A stretch of DNA of 64,000 nt from the human T2T-CHM13v2.0 reference genome, Homo sapiens: NCBI RefSeq assembly GCF_009914755.1, contig NC_060926.1. One strand, given 5' to 3'. Below the pieces are notes generated by a model, which saw only the letters and a list, made by a program, of their open reading frames with translations, did no database searches and was not told the DNA's origin. Every line of letters begins with the position of its first letter. Positions within the stretch are counted from its first letter, which is position 1. The position numbers and the translations under genes were made by a program. This document shows positions 54,448 through 64,000 of the stretch, one piece after another.

Positions 54448-57400
54448 CATAGATAAAAAATAAATGTTCACTATTATTATTTGCAGTTATTATTTTTACT
54501 TCTCTCTCATGATTAAGGCATATTTATCTGTGGATAGCTCATCTCTCCAACTAGATGTTTCATTAACTGAGGTCAATTCCTTTTTCTTAAAATTTTTTGT
54601 GTCTCCAGTAGCACCTAGGAGGTACTTTGCTTACAGGTGTTCAGTAGGTGTTTGCTGATGGATTGAGATTATATGTATAGTGCCAAGAGTCATCAACGAA
54701 AGGTAGCACATCAGAGCTGGGTAAACAATGTTTTCATAAGTTTCTAATGAAGTGAAATTTTCTGGTTCTCACTACAAAAATCTCTGCAAAATGAAAGGCA
54801 TCCATCCAAGGCAAGAAAATGATTATTTTTCAACCAAATGCTCCAAGCTAAAGTTAAGTAGTTTAAAATAGTCAATGAAATGGGAAAGTATATTTAGAAC
54901 TCATTTTATTTTACTATCTCATCTTGTCTATCAAAAGTATGTTTACCAAAAACTACTTAATATGCAGATCTTATATAATAAGATCCACACCATATTGCTG
55001 GATATATAAAATAGGCAAATAGCAATACTCTAAAATAGGCCATAAAAAAGAATACTAATAAATCAGAGCATTTCAAATTGTAATTTCTTTGTGCATGTAG
55101 TAAGTATCATCTTGGGTCCACAGGTCAGAATAAATAGTAATACTTTATGGTAGATAAATTAGGAAGAAATAAGAAACACTTTGGACAAGAAATGTTGCTA
55201 TGGAAACCTTAGTGTTCACAAGCTGCTTTTGAAGCATCTGCTGCTTTGCCAGACTTTTTGAGTTTAACTTTCTTTCAAGCTTTTTATTTAAGAAAAATAA
55301 AAAAGTCCTTTTACTACTAAGACTTACAATATGACAATGACAATATTCTCTCTATCCCTCTAAGATCCATGTTAATAACTTGTCTTATGAACTACTTCAT
55401 AGCATAAATACAACTTAATTAGGGTTGAAAAGAGGGTGGAGGTAAAGCAGTGCATTCAGGCTTGATTTGAATTTACTTCCACAGTGAGGTTATAGGAGTG
55501 GGGCTGGAGCCGGGACTCACTTTACTGATGCAATTTTAGTGCCAGGTCACAGAGCTGACAAAGATGGTTTTTTTAAACACAAGTTAAAAGCCATTTTAAA
55601 ATGTTTCATTTTTATTGACACAGAGCTGTCTGAAACCCCAAAGTTAGTGTTCCTGGAGACAGAAAAGCGGGTGTGTTTGCTGAATTCACAATAAATCAGA
55701 AGTGTCAGAACTTAGACTAGAAACTTTTGGCTCTGAACTTTGTAAATTTTATTTACTTTATTCCCCAAGCAACTTAAATGTAAAGCAGCCACCTACGTGT
55801 CTGGTAAGCTGAGACTTAATGAGGCTTAATCGACTTCTGTATTGCGAGTCTTATCTGCTTCCTTCAGTTTGTGCCTTTGCTCCTCTCACTCTCTGCCCAC
55901 ACACTCAGTGGCAATTGTCTGTTAGGAATGATTTTTCTGTCACTTGGGTCACCATGGTTGAGCTTCAAGATAGACAACTTGGCCAGATTCAGAGGAAGTA
56001 GTCACTGTTTGAACAGGATTCCTTGATGAACAACCTGCCGGATTGTAGATGAGACCTTTGACTTGTTTGTATCTGGTGCTTGCCATGGTCTCCTAGAATT
56101 ATTGTTTAAGCCACCATGCTCCCTGTTTATCCTTCCCCAGTGGCTGAAAAATAGAACCCTAGTGAATATAAATGGGCAACAACAACTACAGGGACTTTCA
56201 ACGGAAACAATTTTTCTTTAGAATGAATCATTTCCTATTTATAACAATTTGTAAATACAAAGGGCTTTGTATTCATTGAGATGTTGTTATTATCTGTGAG
56301 TATATTACATAAGGGTATAAGGGGCTCCCATGCCATTTTTAGTAATAGATCCCAAATTTGAATGTAACAAAGAGCAATAGCTTGATGCCTCTCTATACTT
56401 ACCAAGAGGAAACAAAATGAAAATGAGAACATAAAAGCCTGCATCTTTTTATTGGATTCTTAGCCATAACTGACTCTAAAGTCTTACTTCAAATCTTCTA
56501 AAACATGCCTCTTAAAAACTCCCCTGAGAAAATGCTCTGACTTTCTTTGCACTAATGAACAGCTCATCTGTTTCTATAAAACAAAATAGGAGTTATCCAA
56601 TAAATTGAATTTAATACATCTGTAGTGATGGATTGCCATATTGCCAAGTTTTATGGATTATCATTCACTTTAAAGAACTGCACTTGAATATTTTGCTGCA
56701 CATATTGGTTCATTTCATCCCTAAGAAGTTTCACATCATTTCTTTGCCTGACAATGATACCTTAGTTGGTATTTCTATTAGAAATTGGATGCATCATTTA
56801 GATCTACAATGCTTTTTCTAAAAATCTAATTGGCTCTAAATGTAAACTCACTTTTATTGTTTAGAATGAAGGGACAGTTCATAATGTTCTAGCAGAACTG
56901 CCTCAAGGAAAGGCTAAGTTTAGAGAATTAGTCATCTGAGGATTTTTTAGTTCCTACTAGTTGATATGCCTTCAAGTTAGTTAGCATCTACCATAGGTAA
57001 AGAATGATGCATACTTTCAGATATAGAATTGCAAGTTGGGGACAAATGATGAAAACCACTTAAATAGATGATACTAGTCCACATTTTTATATTGAACATA
57101 ACAATCAGCCACTGCCTACTTTTTCTTACTAAATGTGTAAAACTAACAGGTTCTATTTGATGGTTTGTCTTGCTTTCCTCTTTCTAGATCACCTCAAGAT
57201 ATGTTCATGGTCTCTGGTTCTGTTTTCTCAGTTTGCATTCAGTTGTTATTTAAATGCTAGGTGTTAACACCTTACAGGATGGTAACACCTTACACTTCTC
57301 TGCCACTTAATTTCAGTGAGAAAGATTTTATCTGGATCTGTTTCTACCATGTGAATTTACCCACTGTCACTCCTAATTCACTTAAGATCATTTAATTGAT

Positions 57401-58260
57401 CATTTCTTAAAGGAGTATTCTTAAACTATAGACAAAATAGGGCAAATCAAAATTTAAACACAAGTTTATGTACTAGCTGAAAGTTGGGATTTATTTTAAA
57501 ATACATAGATGGAAGTGATATTCTTAGGACTTGGGTTTATTTTTGATCCTGAATCAACCCAATCACCTAACTCTCAATCATAAAATAAGTACACTGAATC
57601 AGATCAAATGTAGTGTATACAATGTACCTTCTATTGCAAATGTGCTCAGAATAAAGAAAAAGCGCAGCAATCAATTAACACTGCTATGGACCCTGCATGA
57701 AAATGTAAGGGTATGAAACCCATGTATTTCTCATCTCTGGATTGCACATTCTCTAAAGGCTGCTTCAGCCACATCACTGTAGTTACCAAGTTGTTTAATA
57801 AGAGTATCATGTCTAAATCTTGGTTTTCAAAAGAAAAATTTTGAGTAGTCTATACTGCCTAAAAGATAGGCAGTATGTGTTATAAAGCTTTGCAGCAACC
57901 AATGATGGTAAAAATAAAATTATCTCATCAGCATTCAAATATTAATTTATAATATTTTGGTTTATCAATTCTTTAGAAATATATGAATTACAGACTGATG
58001 GAGTAATTCAGGGACCGACGAATATAAAAAATAAATAATATGCTTTCTTGCCCTTGTTTAAGAGACTCATTACTTGTCATAACAACTTTGTGGACCTTTA
58101 GAAATTATTAATACAATTTTGTAAATAGAGAATCTGAAAATCAAGGGAAGCTTAAGTGAGTGATCTACCCAAGTAGCAGAGTCTAAACTTGATCATGGGT
58201 CGGTCAACTCCAATAAACTGAATAATCAGGGACATAACTTTTCCAAATAACAACCAATAC

Positions 58261-58863
58261 TTTTTCTATTTTATTTTATTTTAAGTTCCAGGATACATGT
58301 GCAGGATGTGCAGGTTTGTTACATAGGTAAACATGTGCCACTGTGGTTTGCTACACCTATGAACCCCTCACCTAGGTATTAAGCCCAGCATGCATTAGCT
58401 ATTTATCCTGATGCTCTCCCTCCCCCTACCCCTCCAACAGGCCCTACTCTGTGTTGTTCCTCTCCCTGTGTTCATATGTTTTCATTGTTTTGCTACCACT
58501 TATAAGTGAGAACATGAGGTATTTGGTTTTCTGTTCCTGCACTAGTTTGCTGAGGATAATGGCTCCCAGCTCCATCCATGTCCCTGAAAAGGACATGATC
58601 TCGTTCCTTTTTATGGCTGCTTAGCATTCCATGTTGTATATGCACCACACTTTCTTAAACCAGTCTATCATTTGTGGGCATTTGGGTTGGTTCCATGTCT
58701 TTGCTATTATAAATAGTGCTGCAGTAAACATATGTGTGCATGTGTCTTTATAGCTGAATGATTTATATTCCTTTGGGTATGTATTCAGTAATGGGATTGC
58801 TGGGTCGAATGGTATTTCTGGTTCTAGGACTTTGAAGAATCACCACACTGTTTTCTATAATGA
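58261..58863 (-). mobile_element. L1PA10-like 3' fragment (5'-truncated)
   Basis: ATACATGTGCAGGATGTGCAGGTTTGTTACATAGG...CACCTAGGTATTAAGCCCAGCATGCATTAGC. Confidence 0.9.
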
Positions 58864-59161
58864 ACAATCCAAATTTTAAAAATCTCACTTTTCTCCTAAT
58901 TATACATATTCCCCTCCTCTAAGAAAAGCCAGTCATATTTATTGCATATACTTAATACAATAAATGTGAGATATTTTAAAATTTGCAATATACTATAAAA
59001 TACAAATTGTTCTAAGACTGCTTCTTAAAATGTGTGACCATCTTTTACATTACTTAGTGTTATTAGTTTTCTGCTAAAACAAAAATAATGATAAGGATTT
59101 AATGTTTCCAAGTATATATTTTCTCTAAAAATGAAAGAAAAGTGATGGAGCTTCTCAAACA

Positions 59162-59510
59162 CAATCATGTATTCACAATTTATATATTTTGCTTAACGAC
59201 AGAGATGGGTTCTGAGGAATGCATCCTTAGGCAATTTTACTGTTGTGCAAACACCATAGAGTGTATTTACATGAACCTAAATGTTATAGCCTACTATACA
59301 CTTAGGCTACACAGTATAGCCTGCTGTTCCTAGGCTACAAACCTGTACAGCATGTTACTTTACTGAATACTACAGGCGATTGTAACACAATTACAAGTAT
59401 TTGTGTATCAAAAGAGAAAAGTTTTGGTATACAGTATTAAAATCTTATGAGACCATTATTATATATGTGGTGTGTCATTGACTAAAACATTTTTAGGTGG
59501 CACATGCATG
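59162..59510 (-). mobile_element. Tigger3a (MER7)-like MITE
   Basis: GCTTAACGAC...TTCTGAG...CCTAGGCTACAAACCTGTACAGCATGTTAC...AATCTTATGAGACCA. Confidence 0.85.
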
Positions 59511-60232
59511 TATATGAATTCTAACAGGGTGACAGTTCAGGAAAATACATTAGCTTGAAGGTAAAACATGTTAGGCCAATATGACAATATTTAACTACAG
59601 TTTGTTTAACCAGAGGTACCTATGTGAATTACATTTCAACCAGAAACTCATATCTTGGAGTATAGCCTCATTAACGCTTCATAAGAGAATTCTTGAAATT
59701 GCACTTGATAAGCAATCTAGGGAGGTCCCATAAGGTAGTAAATTGCTGTAACACTTTACAAATAGGCAAGAGTGGTTTGACCCTGGTGCTATTATATGAC
59801 TATTTTATGTCAACAAACTTGGGAAATAAGAAAAAGGATAGATTTGACACATACTCTCTCCTCTGCATGGTTTCATTCAACCTACATGACATCAACTTCT
59901 ATATCTTCTGGAAAATCCCAGGGATGTACTGAATTTCATAAAAATTAAAGTATAGCATCTAATGAAAGCATTCTTAAAGATACAGCCACATATTAGTCCT
60001 CAAGGAAATAAACAGGGCCAATTAAAAATTACTTTCTTTGCTTTTCAGAAGCTTTTGGTCTGGCTAAAGGGTCTAATTCCTTGCTGCTTTTATGCCATAT
60101 TTGAGTTCATTTGTTTTTTATTTTCCACATTTCCCATGGCCCCAATTGACTTGCCACTATTTAAACTCCCTCTCAATGGGCTATTTAATGTTTTTTGCTG
60201 AATTGGAGCAAATAATATTTTGGTTTCTTTTA

Positions 60233-60577
60233 TTCCAGAGGAAGGCAATTTTGATCCCATAAGCAATTCTCTAAATTTCTTACTTTGGTCTGCGATACTT
60301 TGGTGGTAGTTGTATTATGTGGTCTTTTATTATTATTTGAGACTATAAACATGAGTCTGGGCAACACTCTGTGAGTTACAATCTTATACTGTGTCTCTTC
60401 TTTTTCCAGAGAAAGAAACTTTGATCCCATAAGTAATTCTCTAAATTTCTTACTTTGGTCTGGGAATTGCTACACTTTGGTGGTAGTTGTACTATGAGGT
60501 CTGTGATTATTATTTGAGACTATAAACGTGAGTCTGGGCAACATTCTGTGAATTATAATTTTATTGTGTCTCTTCTT
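60233..60577. repeat. Two-copy tandem duplication, ~170-bp unit
   Basis: Units 60233-60403 and 60404-60577 share TTCCAGAG, TTTGATCCCATAAG.AATTCTCTAAATTTCTTACTTTGGTCTG, ACTTTGGTGGTAGTTGTA, ATTATTATTTGAGACTATAAAC.TGAGTCTGGGCAACA and TGTGTCTCTTCTT. Confidence 0.95.
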
Positions 60578-61344
60578 AAGTTGATGTGCTTAAGCGAGTC
60601 ATTAGGTTTCTATCAATAGCTTTCATTTAGTCACACACATATAAGAAAACTGAAGGAGTGAGCAAAATGATAATAACACTAACGAAGATATGATGACAAT
60701 TTTGAAGAACAGGCAGGGCAATGACTCTTCTACCAAAGGGAAATGGGGGTCTGAAAAGAATCAGGAAGGGAGTAAAGGAGGACAGGTAAGTCCAAGAAGC
60801 AGAAAGTAAGTTTAGGAACATGGTCATATGATGAGCTACTTGAAGCACACTGAGAAAGAAATTCAACCTTATTTTTTTTATTTCTATCACACTTAGATGC
60901 ACATAGTTTAAAATTTAAATGGAATGAATTTGGCTGTTAAGGCAACAAAAGCAATTTTTTTAAAAAACCTCTGCAGTTCTGATTCAACCTTCTAAAATCT
61001 TCGGAGGAAGCCATTTTCAAGTTATGTAGATGACTTTTTTCTAAATGGTATATTTTCCATTCTTATAAACATCAATGCTTTTGGTTTTGTTTCTTCATTT
61101 ATAAATTTTAGATTCTATCTATTGATGTCTTCTGGTAGGAGATGATTTAATTTTCATGAATTACCTTCTCTTTCCCTACTTCATTATACTTAAAGAAATA
61201 ACCTTTGACTGGAGTGATAGAATTTTCGTTATCCAAACTGTATATATACATTGTCACCAACTAATTTATTATGATTATGCTTTTGTGTTTCATACGATTT
61301 TTATTTTGCTTTTTTAAAGTTAATAACATATTATACTTTCTTTA

Positions 61345-61795
61345 TACTCTCAAAAGAATGAGGAAAAATCAAATATCCATCATGTGGTAAATGGATAATC
61401 ATACTGTGATAAATCCATAAATTAGAATATTACTTAGCAATAAAAGGAAACAAAGGGAAAAAATGGAATAAACTACCAATATATGTAACAACATAGATTA
61501 ATCACAAATGCATTAAGCTAAGTAAAAATAGCCAGACCTGAAAAGCTACATACTATATCATTTCATTTATATTACACTAGGGAAAAGGCAAAACTGTGGA
61601 GCCAACACAGATCAGTGGTTGCTAGGGACTGAGAGTGAGAGACGGAGTGGCTATCAGGATAAAGAGAAAATTCAAGATTATAGATCTTGTGATGGTTATA
61701 TGAATGTATGTATTTTCAACACAGGCAGCTCTGAATACTAAAATAATTAAATTCTAATGAACATAAATTATACCTTAATTTAAAATGAAAAAAGC
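61345..61795 (+). mobile_element. Old L1M (L1MB/MC-like) 3' end
   Basis: AAATGGATAA...GAATATTACTTAGCAATAAAAGG...AAAAGGCAAAACTGTGG...AGATCAGTGGTTGCTAGGG. Confidence 0.75.
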
Positions 61796-62912
61796 TTAAA
61801 AATAATATATTCATTTGTTGCATAATTTTCCATGTGCTTAATGTTTTTTCTTAACACCCTGATATATTCGTCAAACAGCAAGCCTGGGCAACATAGCAAG
61901 ACCTCATTTCTTTTCCTCAACATTCAATACATTCGATAATCTATCAATTAGTTTTATTCCTGGAGTTCTCCCTCATCCTGCCCTCAATCTTGCTACTCTT
62001 TTATGGACTGATTGCTCCTCATTCCTGATACTTAATTGTTGTCATGGGAATTCTGTCCATCAGTATCCTGGGGTGGATACCTTATTTTGGGTTCTGCTGC
62101 CTTCCTCTTCAATGCTGACTGCTTCTTTTTACCAAAGCACAGTTACTTACTAAACAAGGATACAGCTCTCATTATCTTTGATATAAAATGTATTTACATT
62201 TACATATACATGTAAAACTCTAAGTTTGGATAAATCAGAAAAATTTGAATAGGAGACCCATAATCTGAGGCCACAAAATAATTGGCCACAGCAGTTGCCC
62301 CAGCGGCTCACAAAGGGTTTTCCGACATGTCTCAGAGAGTATCATATTCATCAAGAGGAATGGAGAGGCAGGCTGGTGAAAGGGGCTTATTCTCATAACC
62401 CACGACTGAATCAAATCATGAAAAATTGTCAAAGATCTATAGGGAAATAAGTCAGATCCTGCAAAATGATTTATGTGTTCCTATGCCTTTGGCCTCTAGT
62501 GGAGAGCCTTGTTCTGCTTTATGAGAACTACACTTAAGTCCCTCAGGCCCTTGCCTTTCTTATTCCTTCCCTCAGCTTACAGTGCCTTGCCCTGTAACAC
62601 TCCCTTCTTCTCTACCTTCTGGAAAGCTTTCTCTTCCTTAAGGCCCCGTTCATTATTTCCTTTCATTATCAGACAAAATTAATTCCTGGTTTCCCTGTCC
62701 TCTCATGCCACCTTCTTAATAACTGTGTACCCAGCATACATTTTAAAACACAATCTAGACGTAGAGACATTTAATTTTCTGTCTCAAATAAAATATTTAA
62801 TTTTCTTTCCCTTTAGTAAGAGGGAAAAGCAAACAAACAAAAACAAAATCAAAACCTTACTCTCACCCTTTCAAGATAACTGAGTCGCTTTCTTTTCAAA
62901 ACTTAATTTCCT

Positions 62913-63201
62913 GGCTAAGTGCAGTGGTTCACACCTGTAATCCAACAATTTGGGAGGCTGAGGCAGGATGATTGCTTGATGCCAGGAGTTTGAAACCAGC
63001 CTGGGAAACATAGCAAGACCCCATTTACAAAAAAATACAAAAACTAGCTAGGTGTGGTGCTGCACACCCGTAGTCCCAGCTACTCTGGTGACTGACCTGG
63101 GAGGATCACTTGAGCCTAGGAGGTCAAGGCTGCAGTGAACTATGATTGTGCCATTATACTCCAGCCTGGGCAACAGAGTGAGACCCTGTCTCAAAGAAAT
63201 G

Positions 63202-63227
<26 letters not shown>
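62913..63227 (+). mobile_element. AluJ-type SINE
   Basis: GGATCACTTGAGCCTAGGAGGTCAAGGCTGCAGTG (J type) and poly(A). Degenerate TSD AAAACTTAATTTCCT / AAAACCTTTAATTTTCT. Confidence 0.95.
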
Positions 63228-63233
<6 letters not shown>

Positions 63234-64000
63234 ATTTTCTGCATTTAACTCACTGTCATTTAGATATGCCGTAAGTATTTCATGGTTTTTTCCTCCTCCC
63301 AACACCCCTCTCCCTGCCACGGTGTGGGAAGCTCAGGTTCTACTCTTTACCATTCTCTGTGTGAAATTCAACTGACTTCTCTACCTCTGTGGGCCTCAAT
63401 ATTGGACTCTATACTATGAGGAAGTTAACTAAAAGATTTTGAAAGCATCTTCATGAATGAAAAATGTAAGCTTCTCAACAAACATATTGACTATAATATT
63501 GACTATACATTGGAGAAATCAACACTTAACTTCCTTAATTATACAGACTAGGACAATTTTAGACAACCCATTAGCCTTCTTAAACTTCCTTTGGCTGATA
63601 TGTATGCAATGGAATTTCCATCCATTTTCAAAGAACTACATATAACTTCTCAAACAGGCTTTCAAATCCACCACTATGTTTCTTTGCCTTCCTCCACTAA
63701 CCTTGGAAGTGACTCCAATCTTCTCTAGGACCTTACAGTAAAATTCCTACCCCTATCTATGGATAAAATGCTCTTATTAATTAGGCCTCTAACTTCATCT
63801 CCAAACTGCCAGATGCTACATACATGTCATCTCCATGCTCCAGTCGCAATTGCCTCTTTCTCACACTTGTACTCACTTCAATGATGTGTCTCACCTGCCT
63901 CTTAACTTCCCTTTTCATTCTCTTCGTCTTAGATTAAAGATGAACTCCTTAGAGACGCCTCCCCTAACCACACTATCTAAAGTATATTATCTGGAGGCAG

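Noticed and set aside
57852-57876. 10-bp hairpin ATACTGCCTA-AAAGA-TAGGCAGTAT
   Set aside because: Too short to distinguish from chance, with no supporting context.

Overview
Human (primate) genomic DNA, AT-rich and repeat-dense. The human-specific AluYb8 at 20672-20984 fixes the species. I found no protein-coding exon, RNA gene, CpG island or promoter that I can support. The ORFs with recognisable translations derive from Alu, L1, L2 or ERV-L sequence, and the rest look like random non-coding reading frames. The window holds about 15 Alu/FRAM elements, a near full-length L1PA8-like element, a twin-primed (5'-inverted) L1PB, several solo LTRs and hAT/Tigger MITEs. It also holds what appears to be an ancient two-LTR ERV-L provirus (about 30.8-42.9 kb) with younger elements nested inside it. 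LTRs and L1s lie predominantly on the minus strand, which hints at a long plus-strand transcription unit. The most unusual structure is at 50194-50666 and matches no repeat I recognise. It is a ~187-bp-arm palindrome (~88% arm identity) whose apex carries a 62-bp direct duplication flanking about five TTAGGG-type units that start in register with the break end. This looks like a hairpin/cruciform break healed by telomere-repeat insertion. Repeat subfamily names come from recalled consensus sequences and need RepeatMasker/Dfam confirmation, and identities were counted by hand.
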